Positions 11,062-23,400 of a stretch of DNA of 64,000 nucleotides are shown here, piece after piece. A program made the translations under genes and the position numbers. Within the stretch, counting starts at the first letter, position 1; every line of letters starts with the position of its first letter. The notes under the pieces were generated by a model. The model was not told the origin of the DNA, searched no databases, and saw nothing but the letters and a program-made list of their open reading frames with translations. The DNA is from Azolla caroliniana (taxonomy: Eukaryota; Plantae; Polypodiophyta), in the NCBI GenBank assembly GCA_043228905.1, contig JBHGNT010000007.1:1116001-1180000 (forward strand), given 5' to 3'.

Positions 11062-14000
11062 TCCATTCCCCAATGTTCTTCTGTGTACTCACAGATCAAT
11101 CAGGTATGCCAAAAGTGTTATCGGATTAGGATAACACGGTGTCGGATCTCCGGTCCTTTGGCGATTCGACTCAGGGTCTTGTGGTCAGGGATAGAGCGGA
11201 GTTCACTTCCCTTCGAACTAGTTCAATGAGAATCGAAACTGAGACTGTGCGATTGTGGAGATGACAAGCCAGTCACAACCGACTATATACACGTAATACG
11301 CAGACGTGAACTCAACACAAATGAAGGACAACACAGTGCTCAGAGTATTGGAGACAAACAAAATTCTATTAAACAAAGAGTGATATATAGTTCTTCGATC
11401 ATCATTTACAAGCTTTCCATGGCCCTTTATATAGGCTCATGGACGGTTACGTCTGCGCGTGAACTATTACATCCATTCAATATCTTTTCTATTTTTGCGA
11501 TTATCGATTTATGCATAATAATTACTCGGCCCTACGCATTCCCTTTACTCTTTCTAACCGGCCTCCATCCTTTCTACACTTGGTCGTCCGACCCGGCCAA
11601 CAGAATTGTCTTTATCCTACACTATACAAACCACTTGCAATGTTTTTGAGCAGAACCTGTTTTAACAGCAATCCATGTAATCTATCACCGAACATAGCCA
11701 TAGGCCTAAAAGTGGCACAAGAGTTGCGGACAAGTAAGACACCTCATTATGATCATCTTAAAGTCTTTGGATGTGAAGCATATGTACATATGCCAAAACA
11801 ACTAAGGAAGAAATTGGACTATAAATGTAGAAAATGTAGAAAATTCACCAAGTCCCTAAACTGCCATCAATTCCATAACCAAGGAAATTTTTCCTTTGGT
11901 TATGGAATTGATGGTAGTTTGGATATCAGTTATGGGATCCTAACACACGTACTATACTGAGAAGTAGTGATTGCGCTTTTAATGAGAATAAAATGCATAA
12001 ACAGCCCATAAAGGAGGTAGAAGTGAGAAAGGTCATATATTAAAGGATATTGTACGTTCCATTAATGTAAAACAAGAAAATTCTACTGATGTAGATGCTT
12101 TTAAATGTGCTCAACCATGTAAAACTAATGTTGGTTCACAAAATGATGCCCAAAATAATGATGCTCATCATGATTATGTGTAGAATGATGATGTTCGGCA
12201 TGATTATGCTCATAATGATGATGCTCAAAATTATGTTTCCCATACACAACTTTACAATATTTAGGTTCAGAAATCATTAAGGAGATCTACTTGTGTCTCC
12301 AAACCACCTGGTAGATTTGTTGATTATGCAATGCTATCAAATGTCGGTGAGCCTTCATGTTACCAAGAAGCCATATAAGTTCCACAATCATGCTAACTGG
12401 AAACAAGCAATGGATATTGATTTGGATAGTATCCATAAGAATGGAACTTGGGATTTAGGTCCCTTGCCCAAAGGTAGGAAAGCATTACCGTGTAAATGGG
12501 TGTATAACTACAAATACACATTCGATAGTGCTCTTCGTAAATATAAATCTCGTACTATGGTAAAAGGCCTTAAACAAGGAGTCGATTTTGATGAAATCTT
12601 CTATCTAGTAGTCAAGATGACTACGTTACACATGATGCTTGCATTGGTTGCCAAAAAGGATCTTGATTTATTTCAAATGGATGTAAAAACTTTTTTTTTT
12701 GCATGGAGATCTCGATGAGAAGATTTGTATGGAGCAATTAAAGGGTTATGAAGTTCATGGGGAAATGCCTTTGGTATGTAAACTCCAAAAAAGTTTATAT
12801 GGTCTTATGCAATCTCCTCAAAAGTGGTATCGAATATCGTTGGACCGCCATATGAGGTCCCAAAGTTATGATAGGAGCAATGAAGACTCGCACTTATGTA
12901 GAAAGTAGCGTGCGGAAGCAAGTATGAAGACCGAACAGAAGGAAGGAAACTCAGGTTCAATGGAGAGCTTAAGTTTACACGGTATACACGGGAGAGATAG
13001 AGAGAGTGAGAGAGAAGACACAAAAAACTATATTCAATAATAATACTCAGTCTGTACATAAGACGTGCTCAGTGAACACTTTTATACAAGTCCTAGAAGG
13101 ACTGACCGAAGTACTGACAGTACTTCAATGCTCATCAAGAGCTCCTACACTAACTCCCAAATATATTCCTTACGGAATATCTTTCCTAACGACCTCCCGG
13201 TTTACGCACTCGGCCTAACCGATCTGTCCCAACCGATCCGGTCCTCGGCTTCTTCAGCCGATCCGGCCGATGTTGAGCTTGTCTCTCAACACTCCCCCTC
13301 AAGCTCAACTCGAGGCTCTTCGGGATCCTCGGGCTCACAGCTCCGGTTCCTCTTGGCTTCACGCCTCGCTTGCACTCCTCGACCTGTTCGACTCCGCGCG
13401 CTTTGACCCTTCCGGTCGGCTTGTCTGCTCATGTGGCCCTTATCAGCTCTTCTGTTGTTGCGGTGTCGACGCTTCTTCTGCTTGGGCCTCGGTTGATACA
13501 ACGTGTCTGAATCAAACATCCGAACCGACTCGGCTACCTCCGATCGGTTTTCTCTCTCGTCCGAGTTGGCTGTCTCCAACTCGTCTTCGGTCTTCTCGCC
13601 CTCGATGGCGTTATCTTCCCCATGCATGGTTGGCTTCGGCTCTCTCCTTTGGTTGCTCCCCTTCTGTCCGCTTCCGGACTTTTCCACGGGTCCGCCCTCG
13701 GCTTCTTCAGCCGATCCGAAGTCGGTGTTGTGGCCTCCGCTCCTTTCCTGCTGCTTTGCTTGGTCGTTCGGGACTGTTCTCCCCCTCAAGTTTGGCACGT
13801 CGAGGTGACGCAATCCGAGCGCACCGGAGAATTGTTGCAACTTGTCCAAACCAAGAGGCTTTGTGAAGATGTCGGCAGTCTGTCGATCCGTCAGCACGTA
13901 CTGAAGTTCGACTTCACCGGAAAAGACACGCTCACGGACGAAATGGTAGTGCACCTCAATGTGCTTGGTCCGTGCGTGGAAAACGGGGTTTTTCGTGAGC

Positions 14001-14484
14001 TGGATGCAGCTGAGGTTGTCGCAGTAGATCGTCATCTGATCTGACACCTCCTCTTGCAGGTCCTTAAGTAGCCGCTTCAACCATATGGCTTGCATGTCGC
14101 GACGGCCGCTCCTCGGTACTCAGCTTCGGTGCTCGACAGTGCAACTGTCGGCTACTTCTTACTGCTCCATGCGATCGCGGCACTCCCGAGGGAGAACGCG
14201 TATCCGGACGTGGATCGGCAATCGACGGCGTTGCCAGCCCAATCAGCATCGGTGTAGCCGACTAACTACGCAGCTGCACCGGTCCGATATAGCAGTCCTC
14301 GGTCCTTAGTGCCACTTATATACCGTAGTAAGCGTTGCGCACACTGAAGGTGTTCCTCGGTAGGTCGCGCCATGAACTGACTGATCATGCCGACCGGATA
14401 ACTGAGGTCGGGTCGGGTGATGGTCAAGTATATGAGGCTTCCGACAATTTGTCGGAACCTCGTCGGGTCGCATACCTTTCCCGT

Positions 14485-15543
14485 TGTCGTGAAGATTTTC
14501 GGCAATAGTGTGAAAATCCCATAAAACGTACAAAATCGAGTATAAATCACATAATACAATAATTGTGAAGATAACATTTTAAATAAATTTAATATCTAAG
14601 TACAAAATGATGGAGGTTTCGAATGCACTTTATTACACGAGAAACGGACAACTAAATGTCAAGATATGAGGGTATAAAGTTTGTGAAAGGAAAAGAGAAA
14701 ATTGTGAGATATCCCACATAGGCACGACAAATACGGCTCTCATCATATATAAGATGGAGCAAAAGATATTATCTTTGTGTCTATGTGTGGAGCATAGAGA
14801 GTTCAAGGTAACTTGAACTAAGAGTGGAGGTGGGCTAGCTACTCGTAAAGGGTTTTGGCCAACCAAAACCGGACCGGCGATGAAGCCGGTGATCCGGCGG
14901 CAATCTAGCGACGGTGATCCGACGACATCCGGCGACGCACCGGTATCTGACAAACCGGCGTCCGGCGACTAGATAAATAAATATATAAATATTATACACA
15001 TATACATATACAAGGAGGGCAAGGAAGGATTCGAACCTTGCACCTCCAAGTTAGGAATCAATTGGCTTACCATTAAGCCATGCTATTTAGTTGAAATTAT
15101 ATTTCTATCATTTACTTTTACATGTAAATTCTCATACATGAGAGCTAAAATGAGTGACATGGTTATCATGCACCACATGTAATACATAAGCGCCAAATGG
15201 CAAACATGCAATTTATGCATGTCTTGTACCCTCACATGCATCATATGCATGAGAGCATCTATAAAAGAAGGAAGGGGGAGGAAAAAAAAACATTTTTGTT
15301 ATGAAATTAAGAAGAAGAAATTCGTTATCAAATTGATCGTGTAACTTGTTTCTTAAATCTAAAGTTAAAAGTTCAATCAATCTCTCTCAATCGTTTAATC
15401 TCAACTTCTCTCTTTCCCAATCTATCTTAAGTACTTTCTCGCTAAAGCTTGCGCCAAAGCTTGTACCGACTTTGAATCCTTCCGGTCCAGAACCCCGGCG
15501 GTTCCGCCTCACGATCCGCGCGTAGTGACGGATCTTCACGACA
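14485..15543 (+). mobile_element. Solo LTR of the TGTCGT...ACGACA gypsy group, inserted in the copia RT
   Basis: Terminal inverted repeat tgtcgtgaagat / atcttcacgaca. TSD ccgt at 14481-14484 and 15544-15547. Removing it restores in-frame copia RT PDTGKVCD. TATA ctataaaag near 15259. Confidence 0.9.
15014..15085 (-). promoter_or_regulatory. tRNA-like module in solo LTR U3, antisense
   Basis: Minus strand reads TGGCTTAATGGTAAGCCA (D-arm-like hairpin, A-box) ... AAGGTTCGAATCCTT (T-arm, consensus B-box GGTTCGAATCC). Confidence 0.75.
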
Positions 15544-18500
15544 CCGTATCGGGACGAAGCTTGACGGTTCTATCCAGAGGAGTCGAGACTGACTTACAGT
15601 CGGCCATCCCGAATTTGAAGAGCATACTCAGCACGTAGTGACATTGGCTGATCAATATGCCTTCGGGGGTACGGATCACTTCGATCCCGAGGAAGTAATG
15701 AAGGTCCCCCAGATCCTTCATGTCGAATGATGCCGCAAGCTGGAGCTTCACGCGGTCGATTTCACGTAGGTCGGCGCCGGTGATGACCAAGTCATCAACA
15801 TATAGTAAAATACTAACCGGTCCGAGTCGACCTTTCCGGATGAACAGGGAAGAGTCCGATTTTGACGTGACGAAGCCCATTCGACGCAGTTGTTGCGTGT
15901 TCTTCGCGTTTCATGCACGCGGGGCTTGCTTCAGTCTGTAAAGGGACTTCTTCAGTCGGCATACTGCCGAGGAGTTTGTTCCGGAGTGAAAACCGGGGGG
16001 TTGTACCATGTACACCTGTTCCTCAAGGTCACCTTGCAGGAACGCATTCTTTACATCCATCTGATGTAAGTGCCACCCCTTCGCCGCAGCTACTGCCAGC
16101 AAAACACGGACGGTCGTCATTTTCACGACCGGCGCAAACGTGTCATCGTAGTCAATGCCGTGTTTCTATGCATAGCCCTTTGCCACTAGCCGAGCCTTGT
16201 ACCGGTTGACCGAGCCATCGGTGTTGTACTTGACTTTGTACACCCACCTACACCCGATCGGCTTCACACCTCTTGGTGCGTCAACCAGGTCCCAGGTCTC
16301 GTTCTCCGCCAATGCGTGCATCACTTCCTCCATCGCGGCAAGCCAATTCACGTTTTTAGCCGCTTCTGCGTAACTCTCCGGCTCACGCACTTCCGCTACA
16401 CGGGTCATGTATGCATAATGATGCGCCATGTACTCGTTGTATCCAAACCACAAAACAGAATTCTTCTGGCGGGTAGATCGGCGTAATCTCACATTAGCCG
16501 ATGTCGAGGCTTTCTCGGTCGACATGGTCTTTACCTTTAAAGACCCGTCACCGGTTCCCTCGGAGTCGGACTCGCATCGGTCTGACTCGTTCCTATCCAT
16601 GCCGGAATCCGACACCTTCTTCTTCCCTTTCTCTTTGCGCGTAAGCCGTCTCCTCGGCTTCCTGCGCGGGGAATGCACGGCTGAGTCTCCACTACTCGCC
16701 GGCTCTTCATCGGACTGGTCGTAACGACTCAGTCGTCCAATCGGTCCACTTAACCGGAGTGAAATCGGACTCTCTTCACGGGTCTCGATTTCAGGCTCAT
16801 CCGGAGGCATCTCGGCCTCGCTGACCTCATCGTCAGAGCTCGGATTGGAGTCAGGGTTCGTAGTTGGGGGCTGGTACCAGGACGCAGACTCGTCAAACAC
16901 AACGTCGCGACTAACACGCGCTTGTTTGGTGCGAGGGTTATAGCACTTATAACCCTTCTGCTCGTTCGAGTAACTGACCAAGATGCATTTCTCGGCCTTT
17001 GCATCCAACTTCCTCCTTTTCTCCTTCAGTACATGCACATACGCAATGCTACAGAACACCCTCAAGTGTCGCAAGTTCGGCTTCGTTCCGAAATATAGCT
17101 CGTGCGCTGACACTTTGTCTTTGATCCGGTTCTGGATGTATACCGCGGTCCTTACCGCCTCGGCCCAATAGAACTTGGGCAAGCTCTTCTCCTCCAGCAT
17201 TGCCCGTGCCGCTTCCACAACTGACCCATTCTTCCTCTCGGCCACGTCGTTCTGCTCTGGCATGTATCTACAACTGAATTCGTGCCGAATTCCCATTTGT
17301 TGTAGATAACCGTTGAATTGACCGGAAAAGTACTCTTTTCCGCCATCCGACCGCAGGCACTTGATCTTTCGTCCCGTTTCCGTTTCCACGAACCCTTTGA
17401 GGTCCCGGAAACAGTCGAAGACTTCGCTCTTCCTCTCAATGAGGTAGATCCACGTGTGTTGCGTGTGGTCATCGATGAAGGAGACGAAATATCGGCTCCC
17501 GCCAAGACTAACGTTTTGTGTCGGCCCTCACACATCGGAGTGTATAAGGTCGAGCTTGTTCCGGCTCCGGTTTCGCTCGTTGGGGAAGGGAAGTTGGTGT
17601 TGCTTCCCGATCTTGCAGGCTTCACAAATTTGTGCCTTTCGGCCACTAAATTTGGGCAATCCGAACACTACCTGTTTCAATTGCAGATCCTGAAGCCGCT
17701 GGTGGTTGACGTGGCCTATCCGCTTGTGCCACAAGTTGATGTCCGACTCGGATTTTTGTCCCTTCGCGAACATTGCGGTGCCGCCGTCAATGGAGTCGAG
17801 GATGAACATCCTCCCGTCTCTGCGCCCTTGCGCAATCACACGGCCTTCTTCCTCAATGAAGCACCCGAGGTGTGTGAACCGAACCTCCATCCCTTGGTCG
17901 ACGATCTGCCCGACCGAGACCAAGTTTTTCGTGATTGTCGGGACGTGCAGCACGTTCATGAGTTTCCCTTTCTGCCCGACATGGCTAAGGGGAACTTCTC
18001 CGACATTCGCAATCGGATGCGGAGTGTCGTCTCCAATTGCGACTACTCCAGGTTGTATCGGTTTTTCAAGGTACGAGAACCACTCCTTACGGCTCGTCAT
18101 GTGGTTTGACGCGCCGGAGTCTACATACCACACCTCGTCCGATCTCGGGGTGGTCTATTTCATTGAGTTTGCTTCGTGTCTCGTCACGAAGGCAGTCCCT
18201 TCTCCGGCTCTCCCGGAGTCTTCGGCGTAGTGTGTTCGCTGCCGATTTCCCTTGTCGGTATGTCTGGAGCCGTTCCCGGAACCAGTTCTCTCCGAATCGG
18301 CGCGCTTCTTCCAGCACTCACTTTCCATGTGGCCTTTCTTGCCACAGTACTAGCACTCCGCGATGGACTTCCCTTGCCGGTTCTCATCGCTTCGACTCCC
18401 CCTGTTTCCGAAGGGTCCGGAGTTTCTGTCGGCATCACTTCGGTGCCTTCTTCCCTGATCTCGTCGGCCACCTCCATTGCGCGCCGACTCGCCTCATCCT

Positions 18501-20133
18501 CCACGTCCACGAGGCCTATCTCCCTCCGTGTACAGCATTCTGTTGTCGGTGTGCATGCTTGTAGACGCACCCGCGTGGTTCTCCTCTACCAGGAGCATCG
18601 ACTGTAAGTTGAAAAAGGACGGCGTATTCTCTCGGGTACACACAGTCGTTCGGAACGCTCCGAACTTCGACGCCAAACCTCTGAGACAGATTTGGACCAT
18701 CTCGCTCTCCTCGATGTTCACCTCTATGGAGGCGAGGGAGTCGCAGATATCCTTGATCTTTGAGGTATAGTCCGCCACCGACAAGTTGCGTTGTCGTAGG
18801 TTGCTCAACTCCTGTCGGAGCTGAAGCTTCCTGGCTGTGGTGCTCGCGGCGAAAATCTTCTTCAGATTTTCCCACGCACCCTTCGGCATCTTTGCATCCC
18901 GAACATAGCTCAATAGTTGTTCGCCCACACACGACACGAAGCAGTATAATACCCTGCTTGCCGATTGCTCCCATGACGGAAAGTCTCTGTGTGTCGATTC
19001 GGGTGCCGCGTCATTAGCTCCTTCGACATAACTCCAGTAGCCGTGCCCGAGCAGGTACTGGTGCATCTTGTAGGACCAAGACGCGTAGTTGGTTCTGTCG
19101 AGCTTCTCCATTGGAAGCAAGCTCGCCATGCCTCTATCCATCGTTCTTCTTGTTCTTCTTCATCAAGCTGTGTCGGCTGCAGAGAGGTTCTCAACCCTCG
19201 CGCTCTCATACCATGTAGAAAGTAGCGTGTGGAAGCAAGTATGAAGACCGAACAGAAGGAAGGAAACTCAGGTTCAATGGAGAGCTTAAGCTTACACGGT
19301 ATACGCGGGAGAGACAGAGAGAGTGAGAGAGAAGACACAAAAAACTATATTCAATAATAATACTCAGTCTGTACATAAGACGTGCTCAGTGAACACTTTT
19401 ATACAAGTCCTAGAAGGACTGACCAAAGTACTGACAGTACTTCAATGCTCATCAAGAGCTCCGACACTAACTCCCAAATATATTCCTTACGGAATATCTT
19501 TCCTAACGACCTCCCGGTTTACGCACTCGGCCTAACCGATCTGTCCCAACCGATCCGGTCCTCGGCTTCTTCAGCCGATCTGGTCCTCGGCTTCTTCAAC
19601 CGATCCGGCCGATGTTGAGCTTGTCTCTCAACAACTTATATATGAAGAAATGTATAGATTACTCATATCTGATTTTGATACTCCATATAGATGCCATGCT
19701 CATCACCATTAAGAACAAGGATGAATTAAACTTCTCGACATGAAAAATTTGGGAAACACAAAACACATCCTTGGTGTTAGAGCTAGATCCTAACGTAAGC
19801 ATATGATAAGGAAATAATGGATAAATAGATACAAAGGAGAGAGAGAAAGAAGGGTGTCGATCCACCCGACCACCCCCAAGCCAAGGGATCGAGACGGACT
19901 CAAGCCGCAATCGGCATCCCATACCACCGCCATGACATCAAGTCGTACCTGGTACTAGCGCGCACGCTACAAGAGTTGATCCACCACAAGGACAAAGTCT
20001 CGACATAGTCAAGAGATGTCAAATGATGGTAGCTAAGCCTCATATTTATAGCTGTCGGGAATAGTACTGAGACAGAGAGGAGATTAGTATTAAGAGATGA
20101 AGATTAGTACTAAGAGGAAAAGAGGGTGTAGAA

Positions 20134-20186
<53 letters not shown>

Positions 20187-20410
20187 GACAAAAGATATAT
20201 TATGTAGAAAGAATATACAAGGATAGCTAGGAGGCTTAAGACTAGCGTTGAACCGATTTGGTTCGAAATAATGCCTTGTGCCTCCTTATATAGTGTTTTC
20301 AGGAGTACTCCTGAAGTTTCTAGAATGTTCTAGAGAAATCTAGAATATACATCAATTTTCTATAGTGAAATAATAAATGAAAATAATATAGACTTTCGTA
20401 TTACAATATA

Positions 20411-20468
20411 TAGTCTAATGGCAAGGGCTTTGCCCATGTAACATAAGGTCATGGGTTCCAATCTTGTT
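20411..20468 (+). promoter_or_regulatory. tRNA-like module in LTR U3 of Tcn1-like element 2, antisense
   Basis: TAGTCTAATGGCAAG, 29 nt, GTTCCAATC. Confidence 0.55.
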
Positions 20469-23400
20469 GAATATCATGACACTATCCCCCCTTTAAAACG
20501 ACGAGTGTTATGAGTCGTTTTGGATTGGGGACCCGGTTTGTCTGGATAACCGGGTCTGGATATTGACGATGGAAGTCTTCAAGAAGAGCATGAGCATTGG
20601 TCACATTCTCTATTGGTTCCCAAGTACGCTCGTTGGGATTATATCCTAGCCAATCGACCAAATAGTAGAGCTTGTTGCGAACAATCTTGGAATCAAGGAT
20701 GGCGGCAACCTCGTACTCTGGTCCACCTTCAAGTTCGATAGGGGTGGAGGTGGTTTGATATGACGTGGGATAGTGTTGTCCTGATAGGGTTCTAGAAGAG
20801 AACTATGAAATACCGGATGTATTCGTAGTTGCGGTGGTAGATCGAGATGAAAAACGACATCATTCATTTTCCCGATAATAGGGAAAGGACCTAATTGCTG
20901 ATAATCCAATTTGTTGCATGGGCGAGTAGTCTTGATGTGTCGTCGTAATAACCATACATGATCTCCAATGTTAAAACTGGATGGAAGTCGATGATGATCC
21001 ACATTATCCTTGTGTATTTGTTGAGCTTGTTGTAAATGAGTAGATAAATCCAGTTGTATCTTGCGTAGCTACTCCAAACGATCCTCTGCACAAGGATTTG
21101 TGGGTAACTCCAGAGTTTGGAATACACAACATCAGGGATGATAGCCTGTATAAGCATAAAATGGTGTAACATTAGTCTATGAGTGGACAGAGTTATTATA
21201 CGCAAATTCGGCGAAGTGGAGAATATCCGCCCAATCATCTTGGTGATAGCATAGGAAACACCGAAGATACTGTTCCAACGTTTGATTTGTTCATTCTGCT
21301 TGTGCGTCTGTTTGCGGGTGGTAACCGGAGGAGAGGTTACAAGTGACCTTGAGCATTTTGAAGAGGTGCTTCCAGAATTTCGAGACGAACTGAGGTCCAC
21401 GGTCACTGATGATACTATCGGGGACACCATGATGCTGACATACCTCACACATGACAGTTTCGGCGGTTTTTTCACTAGTGATTTCCTTAGTACATGGCAA
21501 GAAATGGGTCATCTTCGTATATCGATCTACTACTGTTAAGATCGCATCGAATCCCTTAGAAACTGGAAGATCTGTGATGAAATCTAGAGCAATTGATTGC
21601 CACGGCTTGCTTGGAATTGGTAATGGTTCCAATAAACCATATGGATAATGTCTTGGCATCTTTGCTTTGCAACATGTATCACATGTCCGAACATAATCTT
21701 CGACAAGTCGGCGCATATGGGGCCACCAGAATGATCATTGTACTAAATCTAATGTTTTAGTACTACCAAAATGCCCAATTGTATATGTGTCATGACAATT
21801 TTGGACTACTCGAAAGCGACAAGAACCATTAGGAACATACAAGAGCCTCTTAAAGAATAGTAATCCATCATGACATTCGAATTGTCGATAATCCGTACCT
21901 GGTTGTTGCGACTATGAACAAGATGCCCGAGAGGGGTCAATTTGTGCTAGAATGGCTTGAGCGAAAGCATCTGTCTTCAAGTCCTCACGTGTGGTATCGA
22001 TAATGTGGGAATCCAATGGCATATTGAAAACCCGTGTTGCTGGCAGTCATGCCGGTCCCAGGATCACTTGCTTTTGGTTATTGAATGCTGGCTCACCGGG
22101 ATGCGGTGCTAGATACGAGCACCACGATAATGCATCTGCCTTTCCTTGCTGCTTTCTAGGATGATATGTAATTTTGAAGTCGAAGCGAGTGAGGAATTGG
22201 GCCCACCGAGCTTGACGTCGATTTAATACACAAGCATTTTGGAAGTAGGCAAGATTTTGTGATCACTGAATACGGTGACTTGATGAGAAGACCCCTCTAG
22301 AAAATACCTCCATTTCATAAAAGATTCCACTCCTGCTAATAGCTCTCTATCGTGAATTTCATAGTTGATTTCGGTGGCGTTAAACTTGCGTGAGTGGAAA
22401 ACCACAGGATGTAGTTTTTCATCATCGCCTTGTTGTGAAAGAATGCTACCCAAGGCGAAATCCGACGCGCCTGCCTCAATGATGAATGGTTTTGCCAGAT
22501 CAACATGAGCTAGAATAGGAGCTGATGTAAATGCCTTCTTAAGACTCTCAAGAGCCATGTCCGCTTCTTTAGACCAAACAAACGACTCCCCCTTCTTGGT
22601 AAGCTATGTGAGAGGCAGAATAAGCTTTGAGTAATCCTGTATAAACTTGTAGTAGAAATTCGCAAAGCCTAAAAAGCATTGCACATTTCACAACGAACGT
22701 GGGGTCTCCCACTCTACCACAGTTTTGACCTTAGTAGGATCCATAAAGATGCCTTCCGAGGAGATGACATAGCCCAAAAATTCCACCTGGTTGCACTCGA
22801 AGCTACATTTTTCTAGTTGTGCATAAAGACCATGTTCTCGAAGCCGTTTTAGTACTAACAGTACATGAGAATCATGCTCTTCTTGGGTCTTAAAATAAAC
22901 CAGTAGATCATCCAAACAGATGACCAAACGAACATCCAAGAGATCTCAGAATATATCATATGCCATGTGTTGGAAGATTGTTGGTGCATTAGTGAGACTG
23001 GATGGCATGACTGTATACTCGAAGTGTCCATATCTGGTGCGGAACACGGTCTTCCATTCATCTCCTGGTCGGATCTGTACGAGGTTATATCCTCCTTGTA
23101 AGTCGATCTTTGTGAAGAACCTTGCACCATTGATCCGTTCTAAAAGACTTGAGATAAGGGGAAGTGCATACCTATTCCTAATGGTGACCTTATTCAAGTC
23201 GTGGTAGTCTACAACGGGACGAAGTGATCCATCCTTTTTCTTGACGAAGAAAATGGGTGCGCCGATTAGAGATTTTGAATGTCGAATGAAATCGTTTGCC
23301 AAATTCTCCTTTATATAGGCTCGAAGAACTTCTAGCTCGGTTCGTGACAAATTGTAGATCGGTCCCCATGGGGGCTCTTTTCCCGGTTGTAAATTGATGG

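Larger units (their letters stand above)
13286..19141 (-). pseudogene. Copia gag-pol polyprotein, disrupted by stops, frameshifts and a solo LTR
   Basis: Gag KLDRTNYASW, protease WYVDSGASNHM, integrase [20 protein letters not shown] and LYVDD, RNase H ARTKHIEVHYHF...ADIFTK. Confidence 0.9.
12897..19633 (-). mobile_element. Full-length Ty1/copia retrotransposon with frameshifted pol
   Basis: Near-identical LTRs at 12897-13291 and 19214-19633. 5-bp TSD actta at 12892-12896 and 19634-19638. PBS TGGTATGAGAGCG at 19201-19213; PPT at 13292-13303. Domain order gag-PR-IN-RT-RH. Confidence 0.95.
11740..19775 (+). mobile_element. Old degenerate Ty1/copia integrase-RT fragment split by a younger copia insertion
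   Basis: HLKVFGCEAYVH, KNGTWDL...CKWVY, QMDVKT and KSLYGL before 12896; continues after 19638 with a degenerate YVDD region (LHIDAML) and DMKNLG...HILG. Confidence 0.75.

Noticed and set aside
11116-11694. Additional solo LTR
   Set aside because: LTR-like with TATA and TG...CA candidates, but no TSD could be matched.
15014-15085. Functional tRNA gene
   Set aside because: Acceptor and anticodon stems do not pair properly and it lies inside an LTR; kept only as a tRNA-like module.
17318-18607. Long plus-strand ORFs (263, 174, 175 aa)
   Set aside because: Antisense shadows of GC-rich copia pol with no recognisable motifs.
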